From contig NC_069000.1 in assembly GCF_001194135.2 (NCBI RefSeq), positions 27,918,958 to 27,961,934 of the forward strand: DNA of 42,977 bases, written 5' to 3'. The position numbers and the translations under genes are program-made. The DNA is from Octopus bimaculoides (lineage: Eukaryota). Below the pieces are notes generated by a model. The model worked only from the letters and a program-made list of their open reading frames with translations. It made no database searches and was not told where the DNA came from. Below are positions 21,996 to 34,762 of this stretch, in pieces. Within the stretch, counting starts at the first letter, position 1. Each line of letters starts with the position of its first letter.

Positions 21996-22426
21996 CAAAA
22001 ATAATATATTACTCAAATGCATAAACACACCTGTTATTGCAAAAACACAACTGAATTCAGAAATTCAAAAGTTCAACGACGTGAATATCAGTATATGNNN
22101 NNNNNNNNNNNNNNNNNNNNNNNNNNNNNNNNNNNNNNNNNNNNNNNNNNNNNNNNNNNNNNNNNNNNNNNNNNNNNNNNNNNNNNNNNNNNNNNNNNNN
22201 NNNNNNNNNNNNNNNNNNNNNNNNNNNNNNNNNNNNNNNNNNNNNNNNNNNNNNNNNNNNNNNNNNNNNNNNNNNNNNNNNNNNNNNNNNNNNNNNNNNN
22301 NNNNNNNNNNNNNNNNNNNNNNNNNNNNNNNNNNNNNNATTTTATGTTTTCATAATCTTTTCTTTTCATAAATTTTACTTTCTGTTTAAGGTGCCAAGTC
22401 ATCATCATCATCAAATTCTACTCAGG

Positions 22427-23407
22427 ATGTCAAGGCATTGCAAGAACAGACCTCATATATTTTGTCATGTCTGTGTTTGTTCTGAGAGCATGTTCCAGCT
22501 GAATGGCACTTATTCATTGATTCATCTAAGGGAAGCCTCAAAGCAGTACTACTACACAACAGCAATAAGAAACCATCCATTCCCATAGGACATTCAGTGC
22601 ACATGAAGGAGTGTTATGAAAACATGCAAGTACTTGTCAATGCCATAAAGTATACAAACTACAGCTGGAAAATATGTGGAGACTTGAAGGTGATTGGAAT
22701 GCTGATGGGAATGCAATCTGGGCTCATGAAATATTGTTGCTTTTTATGCCTATGGGACAGTCGTGCAACTAACAAACACTATGTGCAATCAGAGTAGCCT
22801 TTGCAAAAATCATGAGCCAAGAGTTTCTAGCGTCCAGAATAAGTCACTTTTAAACCCAGAAAATGTTCTCCTTCCCCCGCTTCACATAAAGCTTGACCTC
22901 AAGAAACAATTCATGAAGACACTTGTCCGGAAAAGCTCAAAAGGTTTTGAATATGTGAAGGCCAAATTTCCAAAACTGAAGGAGGGCGTATTCATAGACC
23001 CGCAGATAAAAGAACTCTTGAAGGACAACCACTTCCTCACAGCATTGGATGAGATTGAGCTTAAAGCCTGGGAATCCTTCAAATGGTTCTGTGAAAATTT
23101 TCTAGGCAACAAGAGATCTCTAGAGTTTAGAAATGGAGGGAAATGTCTTCTAGACTCCTACACTGCAATGGGTTGTCGGATGTCACCAAAAGTCCATTTC
23201 CTTGATTCACATCTGGACTTTTTTGCAGAGAACCTTGGAGCAGTGTCTGATAAGTAAGGGGAACGCTTTCATCAAGATATTGCATCGATAGAACAATGAT
23301 AACAAGGATTTTGGAATGCAAGAATTTTAGCTGACTACTGTTGAATGTTATACAGGAATGAACCTGAGACAAAACACCATAGAAAGTCCAAATCCCAAAG
23401 ATTTTAA
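22427..23407 (+). pseudogene. Chapaev3-like transposase remnant
   Basis: MSRHCKNRPHIFCHVC joined directly to EWHLFIDSSKGSLKAVLLHN, ICGDLKV, CCFLCLWDSRA, LPPLHIKL, SHLDFFAENLGAVSD*GERFHQDI, LADYC. Family assignment is from remembered motifs. Confidence 0.8.
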
Positions 23408-23509
23408 GTTGTTATGCATTCGAGTGTATTCTAACTTATTTGTACACAATAATTTTAATTTTGTACAATAAAAAACCATGAAATTATCGTATCTTGTATT
23501 CATTAGGAG

Positions 23510-25318
23510 AAGTTTCAGGTGTGGAAGCAAGGACTAGAATCGAAGGGCCTTAGAGTTAACTTAGCTAAAACCAAAGTTCTAATAAGTAGGAAGGTAGACA
23601 AAACACAAACCCCTTCAGGTAGATGGCCCTGCTCGATATGTAGAAAAGGTGTAGGTAGAAAATCTATAAGATGTACCCAGTGCAAGCTATGGACACATAA
23701 GAGGTGCAGCAATATCAAAGGCAGGTTAACTAGGAAGTTAGTTTTTGTATGTGGCAGATGTTCAGGTGCAATAAACACTGAAAATGTGCAGAAAACAACT
23801 TCTGTCATATTCCAGGGAGAAAAACTGGATGTAGTTGATAGCTTCCGATATCTGGGTGACCAAGTTAGNNNNNNNNNNNNNNNNNNNNNNNNNNNNNNNN
23901 NNNNNNNNNNNNNNNNNNNNNNNNNNNNNNNNNNNNNNNNNNNNNNNNNNNNNNNNNNNNNNNNNNNNNNNNNNNNNNNNNNNNNNNNNNNNNNNNNNNN
24001 NNNNNNNNNNNNNNNNNNNNNNNNNNNNNNNNNNNNNNNNNNNNNNNNNNNNNNNNNNNNNNNNNNNNNNNNNNNNNNNNNNNNNNNNNNNNNNNNNNNN
24101 NNNNNNNNNNNNNNNNNNNNNNNNNNNNNNNNNNNNNNNNNNNNNNNNNNNNNNNNNNNNNNNNNNNNNNNNNNNNNNNNNNNNNNNNNNNNNNNNNNNN
24201 NNNNNNNNNNNNNNNNNNNNNNNNNNNNNNNNNNNNNNNNNNNNNNNNNNNNNNNNNNNNNNNNNNNNNNNNNNNNNNNNNNNNNNNNNNNNNNNNNNNN
24301 NNNNNNNNNNNNNNNNNNNNNNNNNNNNNNNNNNNNNNNNNNNNNNNNNNNNNNNNNNNNNNNNNNNNNNNNNNNNNNNNNNNNNNNNNNNNNNNNNNNN
24401 NNNNNNNNNNNNNNNNNNNNNNNNNNNNNNNNNNNNNNNNNNNNNNNNNNNNNNNNNNNNNNNNNNNNNNNNNNNNNNNNNNNNNNNNNNNNNNNNNNNN
24501 NNNNNNNNNNNNNNNNNNNNNNNNNNNNNNNNNNNNNNNNNNNNNNNNNNNNNNNNNNNNNNNNNNNNNNNNNNNNNNNNNNNNNNNNNNNNNNNNNNNN
24601 NNNNNNNNNNNNNNNNNNNNNNNNNNNNNNNNNNNNNNNNNNNNNNNATGCTGTGCGTGAGAAGACCCGGCAAGCCAAGTGAGACCAAAATCCAAGGCCT
24701 CTACCAGGGATGTAGCCAGCCCACTTATGCGTAACATTCCTTCTTTGGACACTAAACTCCGCTTGCGAAGACCTGTTGAGGCAAGTGAAATCGAAATCAA
24801 ACTAAATTTATAGACTGGCACCCATGCCAATGTCTTCATTGAACACTAAACTTGGCTTGTGAAGACCTGTTGGGGCAAGCAAAAGCGAAATCGTGATGGC
24901 ACCTGTACCAGTAAATCACTAAGAGCACCGTCCGAACGTGATTGTTGCCAGAGCACCAGCTATCTAGCTTTCGTGCCGGTGGCATGTTACCAACGTCGCC
25001 TTCCTGGCACTTGTGCCAGTGGCACATGAAAAGATATTCGAGCGAGTTCGTTGCCAGTACCACTGAACTGGCCCTTGTGCAGGTGGCACGTAAAATACAC
25101 CATGTTGCCAGTACCTCCTGACTGGCCTTCGTGCCGGTGGCACGTAAAAGCACCCACTACACTCTTGGAGTGGTTGGCGTTAGGAAGGGCATCTAGCTGT
25201 AGAAACTCTGCCAAATCAGATTGGAGCCTAGTGTAGCCATCTGGTTTCACCAGTCCTCAGTCAAATCGTCCAACCCATGTTAGCATGGAAAGCGGACGTT
25301 AAACGGTGATGATGATGC
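23510..25318 (+). mobile_element. RTE-clade LINE, 5'-truncated, with PHD finger, modular 3' UTR and (GAT)n tail
   Basis: WKQGLESKGLRVNLAKTKV..C4HC3..VDSFRYLGD, then gap, then AVREKTRQAK* and a 3' UTR ending gcggacgttaaacgg(tga)n. Confidence 0.9.
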
Positions 25319-26125
25319 TTTACGTATCCTATAAGTTAAAACACCAGGTATTATTAACATGAAAATGTGACCTGATAGAGGAAATCGGACTTCAGATTCG
25401 TAATCAGCATCAAAAATTAACCCAGAAAAGTCAATCAGCAACTCTGATGATTAAAAAAAGTTTCATTTTGTTGACCAGTGTAATCCATTTTTAGAGCACC
25501 GATATAACATAGTTTTCCTGTACCATTTATGAGATACTAGCTGGGCAATATTTACAATAGAATGTCTTATATAAATTTTTGTTTATTCCATGTCAGACTA
25601 TGCCTTCCCCGACAGATAGGCCTCTTGATCAGGACAAATTCATGCAATATTTCACAAAAAACATCGTTGAGGATTTTTTTTCCTTTTTAAATTATTTACA
25701 TGTATGTTCAACCATTTTGAATGAGTTTATTCATTAAAACTTATTAAAACTTCAGAAGTTCTTACAACTCTGGTTGTCATAATGCTTTGCTTTCATTTGT
25801 TTAATAAAAATTCCTCCTCGTAATGATTTTGCTTTCATTTTGTGATAGACTGCTATCATGCAGAAAATACCAGTTTCCAAATCCTGTTTCTGATTAGGTA
25901 AAATTGATTAGACTTTAAACCTCAGTAACATTTTTCTGCAATTTTTCAGGAACAAATAAATAACAAAATCAGATTTAACAAGGAAAATTATTTCAATATA
26001 CTAAATTTGAAAATTTTGATCTAATTTTAAAATTTCGCAATATGTGACAATGAGGAAGACCCTACAAAAGTAGAAAGACAGACAGTTATAGGACGTCACG
26101 CACACACACACACACAATCACACAC

Positions 26126-26174
<49 letters not shown>

Positions 26175-26443
26175 TTTACAAATGTACACACAAGTAATCA
26201 TGAGTTTAAAATGGTGTATAGTAGACATATGTATGTATGTATTTATGTACGTACATATATGTGTATGTATGTATATATATGTATGCATGTGTGTGTGTCT
26301 CTGTGTGTGTGTCTGTGTGTGTGTGTGTGTGTGAGCGTTTCTTTACGATGGACAGTAGAAAAGCAACCTACCCTCTCTCCTTAAAGCTATGTATTCCTCA
26401 CGCCCACCTTTTTTTCCCTTACTCAGTGTATTAAAAGTTACTT

Positions 26444-26475
<32 letters not shown>

Positions 26476-27526
26476 ATGCATGTATCTATGTATTTACGAA
26501 AGTATGTATGCAGCACCACTTGTATATCTCTGAATGACAGCTGTATTATCGTCATCATCCCACTGCTACTCCATATCTGTCACTTACAAAATGCTGTTCT
26601 CCCCTTCCCTGATATCAGCCACACTCACTATGCCTCCACATTTCCCTCACACTAACACTCTTGCACTCTTCTCATTTTATCAAATTATAGCCCAACCCCA
26701 CCTAGCGGTGGTGGCCATTATAAATTTTTATTGAAGTCCAATTAGCCTATAAGTGAACTGAATGTTAGTTTAACATGCATGCAAATTTTCGTCAAGATTG
26801 ATTCACTGGTGTAGGGAGCAAGATAGTAACAGACAGATCGACAGACAGAAATATAAGACGTTACCCAGCAATATGAACAACAGTACATTTTTCAAAATAT
26901 GGTTATGGATTTTTTAGCAAGATTTCTCATCTATTAAAAAACTAATTAAGCAGTTTAGTATAACCAATTCTGATAGCAAAGCTGCGGGCTGGAACCAAAT
27001 AAATAAATATAATAAAAGCTAAAATAATGCATGGAAGTTTCTAAATACTGCATTGTAGAAAATTAAGAGTAGTAATTTAGTTTAACGCTGTCAAGAGAGG
27101 ACATGAGTATGATTTTATATGAGAAAAGTAATGGTTAAAGATTCTTCAGGAATGTTAAAAAATGAAATTTAGTCAATGTGATTTTCTTCTTCCTTTTTCT
27201 GTATTAAAGTCATGTCACAACCACAGCAGAAGATCATCTCAAACGTTTAATCCAGTAGGCATATCCAGTAGGTGAAAACTGTACCCAAATTTAGGGTGTG
27301 TCCAGTAACTCTATGAGCAGTTATCTTATTTGTCCAAGACATGGCAACTTTTTGGTGTCAAATATACAGATTTTCTTACGAGAATGTGCTCAAAATAGCT
27401 GGAAAAGAAAGGTTACTTTTAAAAAATCATGTGAATAAAAAATTATTATTTTCTTCCTAATTTTTCACAACACACATTTATATATATATTATATTTACAG
27501 AGAAAATAATCAAAGTAACAAACATC

Positions 27527-27569
<43 letters not shown>

Positions 27570-27571
<2 letters not shown>

Positions 27572-29525
27572 GTTTTGAGATTGGCCTTCAAAACTTCATC
27601 CCATGTCTTCCTGGATCTACCTCTTCCACAACTTCCCTCAACTTTAAGCAATTGGCATTTCTTTATGCAGCTGCCCTTATCCACCTGCATCAAGATCAAA
27701 CCAGTACAGCCTCCTCTCTTGCACACTGCATATAAATCCTCTTATGCCTGACTTTGCCCTCAGTTATCCAGTACTCTGTCACATATGCACACTGACATCA
27801 CACATCCAGCAGAAAATACCAGCTTCATTCCTCTCCAGCCTTTGCATGTCCTCTCCATTCAGGGCCCGCATTAACTGCATTACAGTTTGTACACATGCAT
27901 CATGCAATCTTCCCTTTACTCAGAGAGTGAGACCTTTGGTTGCTGATAGAGGTAAAAACTCTCTGAACTTCCTCCAACCTATTCATATTCTAGTAATTAC
28001 ACTTTCTGTATGACCTCCTCCACTGCTAATTGGGTCACCTAGGTAACAAAAAGTATCTACAGCTTCCAGGGAGCCACCAGGATATTTAAGGAAATCAGTT
28101 TCTCATGTATTTGTTGTCTTTATGGCTCCTGTACATCTTCTACATACAAACACTACTTTCTCTGTTAATCTTTCACTGCACCTCTTGTGTGTCCATTGCT
28201 TGCACTAGATACACCAAATAGAATTTCTGTCTACACCATTCCTACATATTGAGCAGGGTCATTTACCTGATGGGTGAAAGGTTGTGTCTTTTTACTTGCT
28301 TACTAGGATCTTGGTCTTTGCTAAGTTTGCTTTAAGATCCTTAGATTCCAGGTTCTGTTTCCACACCTGGAATTTCTTTTCTAATTCTGCTATGAGGGCA
28401 AGATCATCAACATACAAGAGTTCCAGTTTTAAATTCCTCTGTTATGGCCTGGAGGACAATGACAAATAGGAAGGGGGTTTAGGACTGACCCCTGGTGGAC
28501 ACCTACCTGTACACTAAATTTATCAATGTACCCATGGCCAACTCTTATCTTACTGACAGCATCCCTGTACATGGACTGTATTGCTTTTGGTAGCAATTTG
28601 TCTATCCCTAGCTTCCTCAGGGATCATCATATCCCAGAGTACAAATACCAAGTACAACAGCTTGTTCTTATTAAATACTTCTATTGCAATTACCTGACTA
28701 TGAAAATAGCATCAGTGGTACTTCTTTCCGAGACAAGCTGAACTGCATTTTGTCTAATTTAATTCTGTTCCTAATTAATTGGTCTATAACTCTCTCTGCA
28801 ACTTTCATCACCCGGTCCAGCAATTTGATGCCTCTATAGTTACTTCTATCTAAGGAATCTCCCTTGCCCTTGTAGCAGCTGATTATGATGCTGATTATGA
28901 TCAGTCACTAGGGATTACACCTTCCTGAATAACATGATTAACTTTACTGGTCACTAGACTGTATCCAATTCTACCAAACATCTTGAGTATCTTGACAGTG
29001 ACACCTGATGGGTCAGGGGCCTTCCTTGTTTTCATATCTTTAATTGCCTTATCTGTCATGCTACTGTCAACTAGGATAGCTGGTACCTCTGATGGGTTCA
29101 CATGAGGAAGACTCCCTTTCTCTCATTCATTCTCCACATTTAATAGTCTTTCATAGTAGTTCTTCCATGCCTCTTTCTTTTCAGGATCATTAAGAGCAAG
29201 CATACCATTATCTGTCCATATGTACAACATCTTGATTCTCTCTAACACACTGTTTGGCAATCCAGAACACCTCAAATCTCTGATTGTCATGCTGTAAGAC
29301 ATTGGCAAACCTCTTCCTTTCCACTTCTGCCCTAGCAAGACATACCTGACACTTAGTTTCTTTTTTAGCTATCTGATATGGTTCTTTGCTACCCCCACTC
29401 TTCCAGTTTTGTCTCTTTTCTTTTATAGTTCTATCTACCTTCCTGTTCCACCACCACGTCACACTCGGTATGGTAGAAGCTTTGCTTCAACCACAGATTG
29501 GGTCACTCTTGAGTACTATTGGTAA
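27570..29525 (-). mobile_element. RTE-clade LINE fragment, decayed
   Basis: TWWWNRKVDRTIKEKR, KKEAWKNYYERLLNVENE, KAIKDMKTRKAPDPSG, PHD remnant, GRGRSRKTWDEVL. Confidence 0.9.
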
Positions 29526-29559
29526 GCTCAACAAAAAAGTACTCCAGTGTGAGATAAAT

Positions 29560-31210
29560 ATCATTTAATAAACACAGGATTTAAATGAGAGCTATTATAA
29601 GTTTCATGCTTGGATAATTGGATAGGCATGTGTGCTATTCTGCAATCGTTCAGGCTTAAAATAAACATGTTTGCTCTCACAGAAAAATTGAGAAAGAATG
29701 AAAAGAAAAGGGAAAAAAATGAGAAAAGGAAGATAAGAGTTGAGCTCCTTTGGTCCATTAGAAAGGGAATTAACAATGATTGGTGGGGTTAATCTGATGC
29801 GGAAAGGCTTTAATTTTTGTAAATCTCTGTGTTAAATCTGAAGAGGGTGGTCTTCTCTCCAGTTTGATAGCATTTGTGAAAATTTATGATCTCTACTTCA
29901 GTAAGTCAGCAGAGTTCTTAATTTGAACAGGATATGCAGGCTATACAAAGCCTGCACCGCCTTGTAATGTATAATGTAGCTCGCTCTATGAAGCTCAACT
30001 CAATGGCTTGCAGGGTATTTTTTTGGCATTCAGATCTCGGATATGGCCACATAGCTGAGTGGTTTTCTTCTTGTTCATGTGTTGGAAAGGAAACTAGTGG
30101 TTGGCATCTCTTGTTTTTGAAGTCATTTTCACATACGTAACCATGCATGCCTGGTCAAGTGGGTAAGTAATCGGGTTACTGAAGTTACATTTTGGAGAGG
30201 GTGCCTGGTGTGACTTACATGCAATAATGTATCTGTGTTGAGGCAGCAGCTATAAAAAACTTTCACAGAACATCTATCAAAGATTTTCTTGTAACCTTTT
30301 GCAATCAGGGAAATGCTTATCCATCAAAGCTAGGAATTTTTTACCTATGTTAATCTTAACATTTGAAGAGGAAAGGTGGGTGGTGATCCATACAATCTTC
30401 CTCGGTTTATTTTTAGGCTTCATTCTTTTCATGGTTGAAGTGTAAGTTATCTTCCCTTTGACACAACTGTTTTCCAGGGCATTAGTATTGTAGGGGTCTG
30501 CCTTGTAAAATATTTCTTTAGAAGGAGAGAGATTAGATATCTTATTACTAATATTGGCTACAAGGTTTTTAAAGGTGATAGTTGGGGTGGTGACAAAACT
30601 GTTGATGTATATATGTAAACTTTTCCTAAGGTTTATGGTTAAGCTTGTAAGAATTAAAGTTTCAGTCCAAGGAAGCATCTAAGAAATCAGCTTTGTGGTT
30701 ACCTTGTTTACTGTGATTTTGAGACCTAATTTGCAAAAGGTAGATACGAAATTTTTCTTAAATGTATCTGTGGTATGGCCATCACAGCTATGGGATATAC
30801 CTAATCCATCATCACAGTATTGACCAATATCATGAGAGAGAACTTAGGTCTTAGATATCTAATATAAAGAAACCTACTAAATCATACATTTCAGCAATAT
30901 CAAATGAACCCATTGATGCATCAGACAATTCTTCTAGATCAGATTCTTTTTACCCATGCTGAACCTTTACTAAAGAGGAGGGTTTTTACTGAAAAAGCTG
31001 TTCTAAAAATACAGGGAATTGTTGATGTAATAATATGTGCAGTAATATCCATCAAACTAGTAGAAAATATTAACATGTAAGGATGATACATTAATATGAT
31101 CCAGGTGGATCATTTTCATGTCAAAATACATTTTCCCTGTGGAAAGTTCTGGATGTGAACTTTCTTTTCATATAGTTATGATCAAAATCCAACACTTACA
31201 TATCATGCCT
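29560..31210 (-). mobile_element. Penelope-like element (RT plus GIY-YIG), decayed
   Basis: PMGSFD, GQYCDDGLG (YxDD), RKIVWIT..NVKINIGKKFLALMDKHFP, and a Cys-containing GIY-YIG region (RCRLC). Degenerate hammerhead-like motif at 29591-29654. Confidence 0.85.
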
Positions 31211-32099
31211 GATATTTCCATCCATTCACAAAGTGTGTCCAGTCTTTTTTTTTTGTGTGTGTGTGTGTGTGGGGGGGGGTTTTGACTGTAGAACAGAGGC
31301 CTTTACTCTTGTTCAATTCACTGGAGCACTATAACTCAATTTGTGTTGAAAATTATAGTCATGAAGAAAACTTTTTTTTGCTTTATGTTGATATTGATGG
31401 AGATAGGTCAGATAATTGTTATGAAATATAAAAGTGAGAATTTTATCATTAATTTTCTCTTAGAAAAGAACATATTTTCTTTAAGATTTTTATATCATAA
31501 GAAAAAAATTATTTGTAAATTCAGTATTCANNNNNNNNNNNNNNNNNNNNNNNNNNNNNNNNNNNNNNNNNNNNNNNNNNNNNNNNNNNNNNNNNNNNNN
31601 NNNNNNNNNNNNNNNNNNNNNNNNNNNNNNNNNNNNNNNNNNNNNNNNNNNNNNNNNNNNNNNNNNNNNNNNNNNNNNNNNNNNNNNNNNNNNNNNNNNN
31701 NNNNNNNNNNNNNNNNNNNNNNNNNNNNNNNNNNNNNNNNNNNNNNNNNNNNNNNNNNNNNNNNNNNNNNNNNNNNNNNNNNNNNNNNNNNNNNNNNNNN
31801 NNNNNNNNNNNNNNNNNNNNNNNNNNNNNNNNNNNNNNNNNNNNNNNNNNNNNNNNNNNNNNNNNNNNNNNNNNNNNNNNNNNNNNNNNNNNNNNNNNNN
31901 NNNNNNNNNNNNNNNNNNNNNNNNNNNNNNNNNNNNNNNNNNNNNNNNNNNNNNNNNNNNNNNNNNNNNNNNNNNNNNNNNNNNNNNNNNNNNNNNNNNN
32001 NNNNNNNNNNNNNNNNNNNNNNNAACTAAAGCAAAGAACTAGTTTTGAGATTTTTTTGTTTTTTTAATCTAGGTATACATGCAATACTTAGAAAGGTAC

Positions 32100-32410
32100 G
32101 AAGTGGTCGTGGAATGTCCTAGAAACAACAGCTAAATTTCCCTTAAAACACAACTTCATATTTGAAAATATTTTCCATTTTTTTTTTTAACCAAAAAGGC
32201 TCCTCCCATCTTTTTTAAGTGCACAGGGCAAATCAAAAAAATATTGGGTGGAGGGTGGGGGTGGAAAAAATCATAAATTTTCAAAAAATTTTTCATAAAA
32301 AAGCATCCCCCCATCATTTCCAAGTCCATGGAAAAATCACTGTCAAAACAGAAAATTCAATTTATGTATGCACCCTAATCTGAAGCCATTTGTAGCCATT
32401 TTTTTTATTG
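32100..32410. repeat. Copy of the AT-rich repeat family seen at 2410-2760
   Basis: Collinear ctagaaacaacagc.aaattt, tttaacc.aaaagg, aaaaaatcataaattttcaaaa. Confidence 0.75.
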
Positions 32411-32804
32411 TCCTTTAAAATTTTATTGAAATCGTATCATGTCTCAAAATCTTTATACCTACTACAAATGTGCCAAAACTCAAGTCCTTATTGCTTGTAC
32501 TTTTCTGAGAACACTGCAAAATTGACTGCTTGTTACACATAACAAAATAGGCTTTACATAGATATTTTAGAAATTGCCAAAAAAAAAGTTTCCTTTCCAA
32601 GAACCTGAAAAAAAAATAGGTAACTGCTATACCATGGTCACAATTAATTTGTGTAATTTAAAGATGATTATCACCTCAGTTTCAAAGGTATGACATCCCA
32701 AATATGGCTAATTATTCATTTAGGCCAACTAGACAAGATTTCAGCCAATCTGCTGGTCATTCAAATTGTTATATTTTCTAAGATATTCATCCAAATTTAA
32801 CAAA

Positions 32805-34303
32805 TGAAGTGGGTGGAGTTCTTCACGTACGATGTTGACTTTCCTGCTAATGGATTCATCATATCCACAAGGAAGTGGCTCAGTGGATGACATGCTGAAC
32901 CTCTACAGCTCACTAAAGGTCTTAATGGAATACTATCCTATAGTGAGCTGTAGAGGTTCAGCATGTCATCCACTGAGCCACTTCCTTGTGGATATAATCA
33001 GTCCATTAGCAGAAAAGTCAACATCATTTGTGAAGAATTCCACCCACTTCACAAAATTGATCAAGGATACCCCCATTGAATCCAACCAGATAGTGAGTCT
33101 AGATGTGATAAGTCTGTTCACCAAAATCCCAACTGGTGAAGCACTATCAGTGATTCAATAGAAACTGGTGACAAACACCAATCTAAAAGAATGCACTAGT
33201 ATACCAAAAAGAAACTTGATGGAAATGTTGACCCTCTGTGTAGAAACTATCTACTTCAGTATGGACACTCATATATATCAACAAGAAGAGGGTTCAGCTA
33301 TGGGTTCACCATTATCTCAATAACAGCCAACATATACAAGCAATACTTTGAGAATTTGGCTTTAGGATCAACACCACTAAAACCAACCCTATGGCTGCGA
33401 TATGTTGATGACACCTTTATACTCTGGCCCCACCAGGAAGATGTCCAAGTGCTGTTAGATCATGTGAACTCAATAAAGCCATTCATACAGTTCACAATGG
33501 AAAAGGAAAAAGACAATCAGCTAGCATTCCTGAATGTTATAATAACACACACCAAGCATAGATTCAGGACATCAGTATACTGCAAGCCAACCTTCACCAG
33601 ACGATACCTCAACTTCAATTTCCACCATCCATACAGTGTAAAGAGAGGGATTGCTCAGTGCCTAAAACATCAAACAAAGAATATAAGTAGCGATCGTGAT
33701 ACCTACCATGAAGAAATGATCAAGCTCAGTAACAATCTATTATGCAACAACTACCCCAAAAACATACTATCCACTCCAATTATGAAGAAAAGAGAGGATG
33801 AAACCAATAAACTGTCCACAGTCTGTCTACCCTATGTGAAAGGCCTCTCCGAAAAGATACAAAAGATATGTGGCCCATATGACATCAGGACAGTATTCAA
33901 GAGTAATACAACACTTTGCAAATATCTTCTTCGAGTAAAACTACCAATAGAAGAGAATATGACCAAAGACTGCGTGTACTCCATCCCATGCAGTTGTGGT
34001 AGGTTATACAAAGGTGAAACATGTTGCCCCCTCAAAATAAAGGTAGCGGAACATCACAAAGCTGTGACACAAGGAGATATTGATAAATTGGATATAGCTG
34101 ATCATGTATGGAAAAATGGAGACCACCTCTCTCTGTGGGACGAAGTTAAAATAATAGACAGAAGACACCACAGGAACATACGAAAACTTAAAGAAGCAGC
34201 ACATATGCTAGGACACAATAACCTCCTAAGCAGACTGAGTGCAGATATGAATAGCATATGGGAACCGATATTAAGGAAGGATAGAAAAATATTAGATTTA
34301 TAA
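32805..34303 (+). mobile_element. Penelope-like element (Poseidon-type RT plus GIY-YIG) with inverted 5' duplication
   Basis: RPIVS-like YPIVSC, SLDVISLFTKIP, MGSPLS, WLRYVDDTF, VYSIPCSCGRLYKGET. 32805-32915 is the reverse complement of 32941-33051. Confidence 0.92.
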
Positions 34304-34329
34304 GCCCTAAAATTCACTCCATAATTGCC

Positions 34330-34398
34330 CACAGGCATATGGCATAGTGATTAAGAGTGCAGGCTACTAACCCCCAAATTCTGAGTTCAATTCTAGGC
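34330..34398 (+). mobile_element. SINE head fragment (tRNA-like)
   Basis: atggcatagtgattaagagtgc..ctgagttcaattc A/B boxes, followed by (AAC)n. Confidence 0.6.
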
Positions 34399-34557
34399 AA
34401 CAACAACAACAACTATTGATTTTTATCAAAAGAATACATATATGTCTATAGAGTATATCTGTGTGCATGTATGTGTATATCTGCATGCATACATATGTAA
34501 GTATATTTCTGTAGATGTATATTTCTCACTGTATTTGTATCCATATACAGTCAATGT

Positions 34558-34762
34558 GAATACCCGTCAGAGTGTAAGTATCTTGAGAGAAAAGCTGAAC
34601 ATTAGAAGCATCAGTTGTGGCGTGCAAGAGAGACGATTGCGCTGGTATGGACATGTGGTGAGAATGGAGGAGGATAGCTGCGTGAAAAAGTGCCACACCC
34701 TAACAGTTGAGGGAACCCGTGGAAGAGGTAGGCCCAGGAAGACCTGGGCTGAGGTGGTGAGG
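34558..34762 (+). mobile_element. RTE 3' ORF fragment running into gap
   Basis: LREKLNIRSISCGVQERRLRWYGHVVRMEEDSCVKKC..GRGRPRKTWAEVV. Confidence 0.9.

Larger units (their letters stand above)
22372..25480 (+). mobile_element. Chapaev3-type (CMC superfamily) DNA transposon, internally deleted and split by an RTE insertion
   Basis: Transposase motifs 22427-23407. The 3' end resumes at ~25320 and ends ttttgttgaccagtg (reverse complement CACTGGTCAACAAAA) followed by TAA. Left TIR probably in gap 22098-22338. Confidence 0.75.

Noticed and set aside
21492-22028. Poly-Asp/poly-Met/poly-Ile ORFs
   Set aside because: Translations of (GAT)n/(AAT)n/(AAG)n microsatellites adjacent to SINE ends.
25595-25705. 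Exon-like block TMPSPTDRPLDQDKFMQYF.. and a piggyBac-like GRHS word on the other strand
   Set aside because: No family motif beyond a few residues; lies next to a repeat shared with 6870-7000.
27205-27410. Slightly GC-richer unique block with splice-like ends
   Set aside because: All frames contain stops on both strands apart from implausibly short exons.
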